Source: Raillietiella orientalis (lineage: Eukaryota). Taken from it: a stretch of 64,000 nt of DNA. The stretch covers positions 1,860,001 to 1,924,000 of the forward strand of contig JAYWIR010000010.1 of assembly GCA_036172245.1 (NCBI GenBank), written 5' to 3'. Below the pieces are notes generated by a model. That model saw nothing but the letters and a program-made list of their open reading frames with translations, was not told the DNA's origin and did no database searches. Position numbers and translations under genes: made by a program. How positions within the stretch are numbered: position 1 is the stretch's first letter; every line of letters starts with the position of its first letter. This document shows positions 1 through 13,480 of this stretch, in pieces.

Positions 1-349
1 GGTGTTTCGGTACCTGACTGGTGTTGGTGGGCACGGTTCCAACATGGAATGGCTCTTTACTGCACTTGGAAAAAAAACTCTCCACTGCGAGTCAACGGAG
101 CACTGCTTGTCAAGAACGTGCCTTTACGCGGAGCGCGCGAAAGTCAACCGGCGTGCGTCTCCTGCCTCGTTGGGGGCACCATCAGGAAACGCTCGCGATA
201 CAGAGATGGAAGGAAATCCCTCAAACACAGCTGTTCTTTTTTACCTTCCAACTCCTTTTCCTTTCGAGTTTCTCTCTTTGTTTTGGGATGTTGTTGAGTG
301 CCTCCTTACAGGAGTAGGGAAGAGGGGACTCACGAAGCGATAGTCCCCA

Positions 350-960
350 ATGCTGCCCATGCCACCCGAAGGCGTGTTCCACGCTTTGAGTTTGGCAGTA
401 CCCCAGAGGGAGGACCCTTTGAAAATCCCAGATGGCTTCATTCTTCTTACACTTCCTAATGGAAAACTTCGTAGGAAACCATCCGCTTAATCTGAATCCG
501 AAGGGGAAAGGGCTGCTTGTTTTGTCTCCGCAGAGAACCCTCTAGGGAAGCGCATCTTCTTTTCTCCGCTGAAGGGAACCCCGAAAGGACTCCTCCGCAT
601 TTCTCCGTAGGATCGCCTTCCGAAGAAAGCAGTGCACTTATTGCGTCTCTGGAGAAGCTGCGGAGGTATCCATCAACTTTGTTCATTCCTGGAAAGAATT
701 CCCCATTTACCCCGGAGCGGCATTACCAATTCCCAATTCCCTGCGATTCCCAATGTCGGCTAGTGAACGAGTGCATACGGTTTCCGGGATTCACCAGTGC
801 CATCGTACCCGAATAGACCCATTGGAGTCATCCTGGAGGGCGGACTTCGAGCCCAAGAAGCATTCAGTTTCCAGCATCAATCTTTCCTCCCGGTGGGATT
901 CGAACTCGCAACGCTTCGTACCACGCACGGAGACCGCAGCCAAGCGGCCTCCGAAGCAGA
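350..960 (-). mobile_element. tRNA-derived SINE-like element, copy 1 (diverged)
   Basis: Minus strand begins ctgcttcggaggccgcttggctgcggtctccgtgcgtggtacgaagcgttgcgaGTTCGAATCC (A-box-like and B-box). The body aligns by eye with the copies at 42720-43510 and 55565-56995 (e.g. aacacgccttcgggtggc vs aacacgcaccccgagtggc). Ends approximate. Confidence 0.65.
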
Positions 961-1628
961 CGGACGATGATCACTTCCTTTTAACCAGAACAATTTTTGC
1001 ATGAAGTTTTTTGTTTTTCTTATCTCTTTTTCTCCCCTCCCTTCCCCACCTGCTCCCCACCCTCCTGCCCTTCTCCCTTATTCCTCTCCGTTGCCGTTGC
1101 AGACCACGTGTGCATGGCCCAAGCAGTGTTCCACTCGACCGAAATCAGTCCAACAAGTCCCATCCTCGGCGCGATCGAGCGATAATCCCGTTCTTGCAAC
1201 TCGAAGGCTTGAATCGTTCCCTCGGCCGGAGGGGGAAGCTGCGTCTCACTGACAGTAGCCATCTCGCGCCTGCGCGCCTTGGAGAGGCGACTTGCGTGTG
1301 CATCGCGCGCGCCTGGACCACCGAGTCGAACCTTACGAGTTCGAAGCTGGACAGCTTTGCGCTCGAGGCGCTTTCCGCTATGCGGTTCGCAGTGCTCGCG
1401 TAAAGGCAGCACCATCAAATCGCTCGAACAGAGGGAATCGCATGCGCACGGCCTCGGGAAGCGGCCACGCGACAGTACCGGAAGTCCAACCACGGTGACG
1501 ATGTTGCCAGATTGCCCTGGAAAGCACCAACCGACGATCACGTTGCAAGCTGGCCAACGGTCACATCGTGCGATATGGCCGTCAACGAAGCTGGGAAGTG
1601 ATTTAATCGTTTTCAAAACTCCATTCGT

Positions 1629-4600
1629 TTAGCGAGAATGATCCGAGCCGCCGTCACTCTTTTTCCGCAGATGTCCCGCAGATTGCTTGAACGTCCTGAA
1701 GGAGTGCTTGTACCGGATGTTAGGTTGCCGATCATGCGAAAGATCGGCCTCGTCTGAGGCATCTTCTGCTTTCAACTGCGTTCCGTTATCTCCGTTGGAA
1801 AGGGACGCATCCTTGAGACGAGGCGTGCTGCAGTGTTCGCTGGCTTCCTCATAAATCGGCCCTACGGCCGGCTGACTCACTATCCCCGCTTCTTCAATAT
1901 CGTCGATTGCTATCTCGTGCCTAAGAAGAAGCAACTTGCAAACGTACTTCCGAACCAAGATAGTCTGGCAAAGACGTTTCCAAGGGGAAACAGGCTGAAC
2001 AGCAACAGTACCTCCCAGGCGTGGCATACCAAGAAGTTCATGACCCCGATCGAAAGGAGAAGGACCTGAAATGGGAAAATTGGTGTGTCGTTAAACTCCA
2101 GCAAGGCATCCAGCTTCGGAATGGGAGACAGGAACATGACTGAGGCGATCAAGGCGCAACTGGTCAACCAAATCACCAGGAGCCCTCGAGAACGGATGTC
2201 ATCCCGGTTTGAACTTCCCCGACTACATACTGTTATGCCAAAACTCTTCTCTGTACGGGCTTCCCCAGCTGAAGATCAGGGCAGCAGTAGGATAAGTCCA
2301 GAAGCTGACCAACATCAGCGATCTCATCTCATAGGAGTAGACGGACGACGGCTGGCTTTCGAACCTGTGTCCACGGGAAAATTCTGTGGAAAAGTACTTT
2401 TCCCTTACCATGGCTGGCTGTAGGTATACATCCAAGAGAACACGTAGAAACATCCTTGAATCACAGCGAAGCTTATAATCGAGAGGAAAATGGACATCCT
2501 GTTCAAAAGTCTGATGGGAGGGTTTCCAAGCTTGGTGTCCGGTTTGGTTGCGCAGAGACTTGCGGACGGAATGATTACCATGAACGACGTTATCAGAACG
2601 TATTTTATATCAGATGGAGCGTATCCACTCTGTTTTTTACTGCACAGCAACGAAAAATCAGGATGCAAATCGACTTACGTGGTACACGAATAAGACTAGC
2701 AGGAATATACACATGTATATCCCAAAGCTGTACTTGATGACTTCGACAGCAGAGACATATGCGGCTTGACCTTCAGTGACAAGAGTTTTCAGGCTCTCCA
2801 GCGAGTTGTTTACTGAGGTGAAGGTTGCAGGAAGATGCATTCCAGGAGTTGTGAATAACAATCCCATCTCCGATAAATTAAGAGCTTCATAGTCATCAAG
2901 AGTACTACTACACATAGCAATACCATGTCTGCTTGGTACGGAAACATCTCGTTTTTTACTCGTGTACGGATTCTTTTTTTTTTTACCCCATTTCTTGCAA
3001 GGACTTTATCAGCTCCGTTTTCTGCCTGGGGAGCATCTTGGCGAATATTCTTCCGCGACACAAAATTTTCTTCAGCTTCTCCGCATCGTTCTCTTTCAGC
3101 AGCTGCAGCGTGTGGCCTTCCAGCGCAAATATGTAATCTTTCTTTCGGGATCGCACCAGTGAGAGTCTTTGGTCCTTCCTTCTTTCTGGAAGGAGACTCA
3201 CCGATTTACCAGGCAGCTCTTTTTTGAAAGTCAGGAGCACACGCTTGGCTGCCACCTCGCTCGGAGGAAGAATCTGCACCGCCACCGAATACACCGTTTC
3301 CTCGAAAAAGGAAGGCCTGCTCTCCTGAATCATCCAGAAAGCCGTCTCGAGATTGGATTCTGAAAAATTCGACCTCTCCGCTGCCACCTCCAAGAGTGCT
3401 TGCGCTTTCTATCTACCTGTCACCATGATCACCCTCAGGTGTTTGGGCAGGTCGGGGACCGAACATTTCATCGAATCCTGATACACCAGCATACCGATAA
3501 AATCCAAGCCTTCTGGGTGTCTCTGGTGTGCATCGCTTTTGCCGACGCCTTCGCAGTGAGCCATGGCGATCGCGCGCTTGCCTGTCCTTTGCAGCTCTTC
3601 AGAGACCCTTTCAAGGTCGTTCGGCACTGCAGATGACCAAAAGATAGGATGCCTCCAGACCGAGTCTCCCGTTTTTTTACATGACTCCGGTCTGCAGGCC
3701 TTCTTCACGAATTCCACTTCTCCTGTCAAGTAGAAATCCGTCCGGCTCCCACCGTTTCTTCCGACGAGGACACCCGTGTTTTCACTCGATCCGTAATAAA
3801 ACGTCTTGATTTGTTCCAGCTCTTCCGATCCTCTGGCAAGGACGACGGACCCATCATCTTTCACAGATATGCTCTGCACGTTTTTTCGAAATCCTCAGTA
3901 ATAATACCTGCACAGAAGTTAGGACAAAATCATTACCCATCCGACAGCGTTAAACATGCACAAGTCCCTGAAGGATCCCACTAGGCTGCCATCGGACTGG
4001 ACGATGTGATGGCACGTCGCCATGCAGGATGCGACGAGTGACTTAGCCGGAAGTAGCTTCGGACTGATTATCTCGTGACCGAGTGTTTTTCCAGATGGAA
4101 TGACTACTCCACATTCTTCATGTGTGCCCGAGGTCAGTGTTCCTGCCTTCGTTCCGTCAGCATCCCTTTATCATTAGTGTGCCTCACACTGACTGTGTTG
4201 AAGCAGATGGTATCCACGTATGCACATGAAAACAAGTGGAATGGATCGCTGCAGTGAATGCCAGATCTCTTGAGACGCCTTCGACTTAGAACCATGACGA
4301 TCCTCAGGGAAGTCAGCATAAACGGTGGCACACACCAGATGGCTACGTCCAAACAAAATAGCATGGTTAAAAAAATGGGAACCTGGAGGGAGAACAAGTT
4401 TTCCAGGTTGAAGATATCCGTCGGTCTTTTGCCTTCTTGTTGCTCCACAGGTAGGCTGAGTAGGCTATCCCTAGGACTCCGAGAATCAGGAACAAGGCGA
4501 ATGACTGTTTCAGCTGAAGGGCAAGGTCGCTACTCCTCTTCTTGCAGTGCAGCATGCACCGTATCATTTCTCCGTACTTCGTTTGGAACCCTGGCGGTCC

Positions 4601-7600
4601 GAAATGGGGAGTGGGGAGACCGCGCAAGTGGGAAAGCCATCACCAACCTGTCCTGACAACCAGAAGTTTCACCGAGGATTCGGTGCTTCGGATTTGCAGG
4701 ACGCGTGAGCCGTAGCAAAGAAGATGCAACTGGTGCAGGTTGAAATCGAACAGCAGATACTGTTCATTAGGAAGCGCAGTCTTGAAAGAAGGGCAAAAAG
4801 CGTGTTGGCATCTCTATGGTTTGTAAAGGATTACCTTAAGAACAGGATGCGTTTGTCCGTTCAGAGCTGATTCGTCGACAAACACGTCGCCTTCCAGCAA
4901 TGCTGCATCGCATGGGAGGATGTGAGAAGCGTCATTTCGAAAAAGGAGTATGTCTCCAGGCACCAGAAGATTCGAACTCAGATAAGTCTCTAAAGAGCAG
5001 CAGCAACAGTGGAACATCGAGAAGACCGCTTTGAGGTGCTTATCGTATAAAACAGATCCGATATTTCAAGAAAAGTGCAGATGCATAACGTGCAGTATAG
5101 GAGGAATAAAGTAATTTGCATTGATCTCCATGGCAAATTGTATCGTGAGCAGCTATAAATTCATTCTACACGTCGAACAAAAATACGGCGTTTCTGACAG
5201 AGCGATGCACGCATGTCGAATGGAGGTCAAAATTTATCGTGCTTTCTCTTGGTCGCATCAATGTTTAATCGATTCCTTTCACATACAAATTCGAGATTTC
5301 TTCTTCCTTGGAGCTGGACCCAGGGATTTTCGTACTGTTATTGCAACGAAACACGAAGCCAATTAGAATTCTTCTTCGTCTAGCGGATCTTCAAGAAACC
5401 CAAGAACAAGTCTTCATGCTTTTTGCAGCCCAAACATCGTCTCGGCCACAGCCAGATCAAATTGAAAATCTCGCAAACTGTCTCGGGAACAAGAAATCCA
5501 AACGGTCGAACCGAAAGGATTACCGTCAAGAGAAGGAAGAAAGAGCAGGGAGGAAGATAAAAACGGAAAATCAGATGTTGGTTGAAACATCAACGAGAAA
5601 ATGAATCGCTCGCTCGGCTGGCAATATCGGGTTTTGCAAATATCAGCTGCCACGTTCTATAACCTCGGATGGAGCATTCCCTGCGCGTTACCACCAACGG
5701 TCAGCTTTTCGAATCCGCGCACTGCAACCGCGAAAGAAGAATTCTCCACCTTTCCCGTCTCGAAGTGCACGCACGAGCTCGTCTCGCCTCGATAGATTGG
5801 CCATTTCCCGCTCTTTCTGGAAACAGATTCAACAGTAGCATCCCCCGTCAAGACACTCCGATCTCACTTTCGTCGCTTCCAGCATGGCGAAGATCACCGA
5901 CGACAGGGAGCACAGAGCTATGAGTGCCGCGAAACACCAATACTGCAAACAGATCCCCATGAAGATAGAATACGCTAGGAAGAACTGGAACGGGTTCCAT
6001 ATCTGAAAGGGATAGGCGTGTGTTAAAGGCATTGCAGCTCCAAGGCATCCGGGATTTTGCCTGCTTGAGCAGCAGACTCCAGATCGATGCACTCTTGGTC
6101 ATCAGAGTGTTGCATCCATAGTAAGCAAGTCTCTCGTTAGCTTCCTGGGTAAGCAAACCGTTTTTCATGTTGTGCATCTCGGATAAAAATAACTGGTCAG
6201 CATCCAGGCCGCTGAAACACGGAAGCCGGATTGAAAGAAGCCGTCCTCCTCTTCCCTGCTCCCACCTTATCTTTAGAAAACTGCATTTTTCCTTGCTCCA
6301 CGTGTATTTGATCTTCTTATTCCAGAAATACATGAGATTCCCATTCTTATGTATGTTTTCCACAAACATTGTTCCAGAGCTGTCCTGTTCTGGATTGATT
6401 TCTTTCTGCTACAATCTTTCGTTACCTGGAGAACGATGTAATCTGACTTTTCGAAGCAACAAGGCCTGCAAGTTAATCTAACTCTCCAGCTTGGCTTCCA
6501 GCTTAGAACCAGAAGGAGCATCCCTGCGCTCAAGATGGTGCCTCCAATGATAACAAGGTACTTCCAGAAGCATTTCTGATAAACCCAAGCGATCTAGAGT
6601 ATGAATGACAGTCCTGTGACTTTCACTTCGTGCAATTTTCTGTTCTGACTATTGCCAATAAAGGCATCGTTGCTTTATGAAATCAGCATGCATTATCACA
6701 ATTCTTGTTATTATCCCCTTTTGTCTTTGTTTTCCCATTTCAGATTGGAAGTTGGAAAGTCACCCAAGGATGTAAAAACATTTTTAACGTACATCTTCAT
6801 TTATTTCTGAAATTACCAGCTCGAGCGGTTAATAGAATGCTTTCCACCTCGACCCAGAAACGCTTGACTGCAAATCTCATACAGGATATAGGGGTTCTAG
6901 AAGGCATTGGAATTTCGAGACATATGAAACTATGGCAACAGAGTAGCTACAAAGTCGCCTATGGGGAACTTTGTTCTTCTAAGAAGTGTGCTACAAGCAG
7001 CAGCTATTTCAAAAAGAACGAAAGCTCAGCTCCTAAGATTCGATATTTACAATATTAGGCCGTTATTGTTGATGATGGCAGTGGGGATGGACTTGATTCC
7101 TAATTTCAGCGGTCCAGAGATTCTGTGAGTTCTGTTCCCAAATTGCCGAACGGGTTCAAAACAGAATGAACAGGAGGGTTGGAACAGGGTGTTCTTCCGT
7201 GTCCACTGCTTCCGTGTCTTCGAGCAGAAGACACGGAAGCAACAGTTAACGATCAGCACCAAACGAAACAGTTGTGTAGGGGAAGCAAAAGATAAGTACT
7301 CATCTGGGTCGAATTTCTGAAATTCCGAAACGGTCTCGGGAAACGTGACAGGGGAAAAGCTCCGCACGCCTCGCTTGGCCCGGGGACTGCAAGTTCCTCC
7401 GATCCCTGCTTCATGTTGACGAATAAGTCTGACCGAGCCCCACGCTCGAAGTACAGCAAGAAACGATTTTCGCCCTTTGCTTTTTCTTTTCCCTTAGGCC
7501 TGCTTGTCCCTGCCTTTCCGGAATCGCAGGACCGGCCTTCCGTGGCCACTTTCGATACACTCAGCTCGGCCGTAAAGAGCACCTAGCCCCCCCCCCCCCT

Positions 7601-7819
7601 CTTCCCTCCTCGAGGAGAAGCAGATTCCCCTTTCCCAGGGGAATCTGCTTCTCCTAAGTGCAGGGTGCGCAGTCGGCGGGAATGCGGAGCGGCACCGGAC
7701 ACCAGCGCCTCCCACCTCAGCAGTCGCCTAGCATGCAGCAAAGCAAGACTCACCATTTGCTCTGAGGTGCCCTCATTTACAATTTCCACATTAATTCCTG
7801 CGAACCGATACTTCCCCAT
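1629..7819 (-). CDS. P5B-type (ATP13A/CATP-like) P-type ATPase homolog, multi-exon, catalytic motifs degenerate
   Basis: Exon 1 7819-7754 MGKYRFAGINVEIVNEGTSEQM joins exon 2 from 6593 (IAWVYQKCFWKY...WKPSWRVRLTCRPC, P5 N-terminal domain). Downstream: RLAYYGCN, IWNPF, LLVPGDIL...LPCDAALLEGDVFVDESAL, VVRTGFQTKYGEMIR, VPP (TM4), CMATCH, IFAKMLPRQKTELIKSLQ, then C-terminal TM exons and stop at 1629. The junctions I traced keep frame; not every exon was traced. Confidence 0.9.
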
Positions 7820-9730
7820 GGAGTTTCCCACCAGAAGTCGAATGGAACTGCCGCGAAATGTCGATATTTAGTAGAGGAGATACCGTCCGGTGAAACCAAC
7901 TGACTTTCGAAATTTTGTGACCAACATTGGGACGTCTTGCATGTGCGGGTGGGGCCACAAATGAGCAATACACTAAGGATAGGGGACAACCGGTAATGGA
8001 ATCGCGACTCCCAGGTTCTCTACTCGCTTCTCTCTTCCGCACTCATTCAGCTTCTACAAAGTCCCCACCTCCTCCTTCCGCTGAAAAACGCCCTCAATGG
8101 CACAAGGAGCAAATTTTCTTTTTTCTACAGTCTCTCGCCACTGCCTTCTCACTGCTTCTGGAATGAGAGGGAGTGATATGTTCCTTATCTCTGCGGCCTT
8201 GAACGAAAGCTGTCCGATATCTCAACGTGCAGATCACCAAAGAGCACGGTATTCCAAGTTCCTCTATCATTCGATCTGTACTATCGTCGTGAGTAATCCA
8301 TCTCCTTATTGGTCCTCTGTGTCATGGATAACAACTCTCCTGTACAACGCTCCTTTTTATCTTTTTTTTCCCGTTTTGCCTCTAGGAGTCATAACCGTTT
8401 TTCATATCGAAGGACTAAGATTTGCATGCGTTCACAGAGAATGAGATGCACATATTGCCGCTCCATGAAGTCACATTCAGAATTTGCAGCGCTTTCAGGA
8501 TCAGCAAGATCTTCCCAAGAAAGATCGATGAATAGAATGGTCCCTTTGCATATTTTCATCTTAACCCTACAAGAAGTGCAGATACAGATTTGAGAAGGCT
8601 TTCCTCCAAACAAAAATGCATTTCTAATTGGACATTTCGCTAAATCGGACTGTTGGAATTTCCTTTGAATGCAGTCTAATTTTGCGCATTCTCAGAAAGA
8701 TAATATGGCCGAATAGAGCAGGAATTCTGATGGTTGCACTCGACAGTTACTGGAAATTGCTATCTGCCTTTTATTTTCATCCCGTCATAATTCGTTCATT
8801 GCAGTTCTCCTTTTCCTGCTACTATTTTTTTTCCCATGAAAACAAAGGAAAGTTCCTGGAGTCCAAGAACGCCAGCATGCCGAAACACCGAAGTCAATCA
8901 ACGAAGATCATTCTTCTATCTCAAGATGCAAAAGACAGTCGGAGCAGCGCCTCATTTTGATACTTCCGGAAACTGTGATTTCCTGGTTGGAACTGACGTG
9001 CAGCGGGCCTCCGTACAACACGGGGAATACGAGGTTATACGAGGTTGTACAAGGATAAGGTGCTTAGAAAAAATATAAAATGCATCTCAAACATCGTCAT
9101 GGTGGAATACTTCGTATTCACCTTCCGGTACGTCCACTATGTTACGACTTATCTAAGCTTACATCAAAGCGACGGGCGATTTGTAATCAACGATTATTAT
9201 ATTCGATTTACCACTCTTAAATAAATTTACAATTCAATCCTATTTCAATATGAAATTACATACGTATATCCAAATCTAAAATATTGTAGTTCATTCAAAT
9301 TATTCTTTTTCATTGCTGCATCTTGATTAAAACTTTTAATTACTCTTTATTAAGAAAATTAATTACTCCTAAATAATAGGGTTGTCACAGGAATTTCCTT
9401 TTATAACAAAGGGAAAAATTAAGCGTTAATTCGTGATTTAACCTGAAGTTAATAAAAAAAAAAAAATCCCTCAGAGTTCGTATTTAATCAGCTTAAACAG
9501 TTCTGTAGTTTCAGCTCCATCGGTTTCGTTGTAGTCAGCGTAAGTCTTGGTAGTCAGTTTTTGATTCTAATGGATCCTAATATTGTGATTCTAATACCAT
9601 GAATCCCAAATATACCGTCAAAATATTTGCAATCAAGTGCCAAGTCAAAATCCTAAAATGGAAGCCACAGATTCCTCCCCGACCACCACCACCACCATCA
9701 CCACCCACTGTGTTTACTCCCACCCGTCCA

Positions 9731-12724
9731 TCACATAGGGCATGATATCTCAAAAAGACATCTTCGGATACGAAGTAGGCGGAGTTCACCGATAAGGCAA
9801 TCGCAAATCTATGACACAGTTTTACTGTATCTGGATTATGTCTACTTTGGAAGATGTATTTCAATTCGTACTGCCCTTTGGTACTGGGAAAAAAGGCGAT
9901 GAGAATAGCAAGAATATGTTGCATAGTTTGCTTCAGGTTTGTAGGAGGCGGAAATTTCACATGGCTCTTCGGTCAGTGGATCCAAAAAGTTCCTCAGTGG
10001 GCAAATCAAGGGAAAAGACATTTGACTTTGGAAATTTTTCCTTGCTCTTCTTCCTCGATGAATCTGTGCAGATGGAAACAGCATTCAGACGAGCATTGCA
10101 ATTTCAAGAGAACGCTTATCAAAGCAGCTAAAACGCTGTATCTTAAGAATGTTGCAAACTCAAAGGAACCAATGACTCGAAATAGTTCTTTGCGAAACGG
10201 AAGTGGACGGAAAAAAAAAAAAAAAAACATCTCATTCAGAGGCAATAAGAGTCGCGTAAACAAAGAATTTGAAGTATATGGATTTGTGGAGTACTTGGAT
10301 CATAGTAAAGTATCTAAAAAATGCAAGAAATAAACTCCATGGAATTAAATCCAGATAATACGAAAATGGACTATGGAAATATCAAAATGGATTTCATTAA
10401 AAATGTATCTGTTCTCTCAATTGACGGCCGAATGTTTCCTTTTTTAAGCTTCTATCTTCCAGGCAGGTTTTGCATCTTCGCAAGAAATTTCAAAGAACAC
10501 TGAAGGCACTTGAGCTTCGAAATGGAGAAGATAGGCTGCTGCAAAAGATACTCAAGAATACTTATTATCTCGCATCTAGAAGAATCAACAAAATTTCGAA
10601 AAATTCCATAACGAGGTATGGTGTCTCGACATTTTTGCAGCAGTTTTCATCTCCCTGAAAGCAATATCGGAAAATTCCGAGAACTGTGAGATGTAGTTTT
10701 CCAATTCATATTTCAGTTGACCATACGATGAATGATTTCCACCGATTCGCCAACAGCTACATACTTGTTCTTCATATGACCTGATCATTTCCAAAAGCCT
10801 GTCTTCTCTAACGTATCGATAAAGTGCCAATATCGTGGCATGCAGAGTTTGCTGACCAAGGTACACTTTAGATTTTTTGGAGGATTATTCCACTATAAAT
10901 TTTTGCGTGGAAAGCATGGGTGGAAATCAGTCATCTGATCCAGCAATATAATAATAGCTTGAATATTTAATTTAAATAGCTCTTAAAATCAATGATTTCG
11001 TCGAGGAAAGTGCCCTTTCCTTTTCCAGGAAATGCGCAAACATTGTGGCACTCCTCGAGACTCCAAGACCATTACACAGAATACGTACATACATGTAAGT
11101 CGTTGACTATTTATTAGCAAGTATTCATCGGTTGATGCTGTTTAGGAGGCACAGATAATGAAACTTGGATGCAGAAAGCATTAAGTGAAAGCATTAAGTT
11201 CAAGGTGTAAAAGGCTAAAATGGATGTTGATTCAAATGTCTATTGGAATAGACAAAGCATCCTCCTCTTTCCCCCCTCCCCTTTTTTTTTTCCTTTTTTT
11301 TTTTTTTTCATCCTGGGGAGACAGATTTGTGAACACACAGCTCATTTTCCTTCTGTCTCCGGAGTACGAGTTGTTGTATCCTTATGAATAAACGGTACAA
11401 TTGCTCGCAGTGACTAGAAAATTAAGCAGAAGTATGACATTGCAGCTTGTGTGGATTCCACACAAGAACCTAACAGAACCTACCTTACAGAAACCAGAAC
11501 TGTAACGGTTATCGGTTGCTATAAGAGAACTGTTACATTAATCTCTCTTTTATAAGTTGTGATGACAACACGAATTTATAAACCTCACCCAGAGCTGGCA
11601 TTAAGGAACGAAACTGATTATTCTACAGTCACTATACATAAACAAGTTCGTGAAGGTCACTTTATTTCAGGAATTCCTATCTTTGATGTGCTTCTAGGAA
11701 ACGAGTCTTTGAGATTACTCAGAAATGGTCATCTAGTATTCAGGAAGCACTGCAAATTCGCTCCATCCGTACAGTCCACCTTGGGACAAAATTCTTCTCC
11801 CAAGTCCTTGCATGGACTCGGAAGACATGGACTCGAGGCTAGAAGATAGGATAAGAAATAAATGAGATCCACTCTTGGAAAATAGGAAGCGAAACTGCAG
11901 AAAATGTCATACGTACTTGACATATGTAACTTATCCGAGAGGAGAAAAAACACCATGACTGACCATATATGTGACCATTCATTCGTTACTCAACATGGTT
12001 CACAGTAAATGGATTTTACAGTCGAACTCTCATCTTCTAAGCCATTCCGTCCATTCATCCAAAAATGCCTTCACGTTCGGAAACCCGCCTTTTTTCCAGT
12101 ACTTGGATGGGCGAACGCCTGGGAATCCCTGGTGCCGTGGACCATTTTGTTCTTACTATAAGCTTCACGGATCACTATGGGTATTTCCTCACTATAAGTG
12201 TATAGAGAATTTTACTTCTAAAACCATGTTTCTCATGATTTTTCACCTTCCAAATGCAGAATTGATGAGAAAGATATCATCTGAACAAACACTTTAAAAT
12301 AGTATACTAATGGAGATACTCAATTCACAGTTTGGGGGACTGAAATCGGAATCACAGTCCTGATTTTGTCTATTGCCCCAATCTTTTCCGGTACCAGGAC
12401 TTTCATTACAAGGGCCTCCTTAGCAACTATACAGTGCACATGGTTAAGAGAAAGATTTTCAATGCTTTCAGTTTCTGATATATTTATCCCGAAGGTAGAT
12501 GTTTTGTAAACTACAAAATAATAAAAATAATGACTCGCGCATAAATTGACCTTCAAAATAATCATTGTGTGTAAATAAAAGCCACACTGATTCTTGGAGT
12601 TTAGGCTACAAAATTGGAAAATCCCAGTAAGCAATTTTGTAATAGCATTGAGTCATACGATGGAGAATTTCCAACTCGTTGGTTTGTTAAAAGAGATGTG
12701 CAGTTTCATAAGGAAAGAAGCCAT
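9731..12724 (-). CDS. Possible multi-exon gene of unknown function
   Basis: Several exon-like blocks flanked by AG/GT, e.g. ~10763-10866 YLGQQTLHATILALYRYVREDRLLEMIRSYEEQ|gtatgt, ~9870-10064, ~9731-9810 ICDCLIGELRLLRIRRCLFEISCPM*, ~12090-12280. No recognisable homology and no complete model. Confidence 0.25.
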
Positions 12725-13480
12725 GGAAACAGTAGCATTTTATCTCGCGTTGCCTGCATTACTGACATGATGAGAGATTAAGTTCAAACTGTACTGCTTG
12801 CCTGTTTGTGTTCAGCAAACTCGGTCGCGAAAAATGAATTCCTTTCTTTCCAAGACTTTTCTCTCTTTCTCCCTCTCTCTCTCGTGTGAGGCGAAAACTT
12901 TGGCCTTGTGATGGAGCGGTTGGAACTGCAATGTTGTCCCTTAGACGTAATACAAAAAAAAAAAGGAAATATTTGCGAGATGCTGTATAATTTCTTTGCA
13001 ACTCAAGTTCAGTTGATAAATTAAATTATCCTAAAACTATTTATTGGCAATTACCCTGACAACTAACCTGCTACTCAGTAGGAATACATGTGAATTCAGA
13101 TAAAGCTTCTTTTAAACTCGAGATATGTTTCTTTTCAATCACTCATTTTTTACATGAATTTAATTGATTATTCCATTCGTATGCTAAATGTAGTCGACAT
13201 GAAAAGATTCTGGAAGTGTTTTCGACAGTGGTTTGAATCGTCTCACTTTATCCGAGAAGAACACTGCATTTGCCAATCCTGAAAGGAACGAGATTCGAAT
13301 GCAGCTTTATTTTTGTGGTGGTGGTGTCTCGGTCCAAGCTATGTGATTAGGAATGGAACGGAGGCAATGCCTGTAACTTCGCATGCCGCTATTTAAGGGA
13401 AAAAAAACCAAAGCACCAGTATTTATTCGTTATTTGATTTCTCGTGTCGTGAGCTTGGGATAGTAGAATTGCACGTGCAG

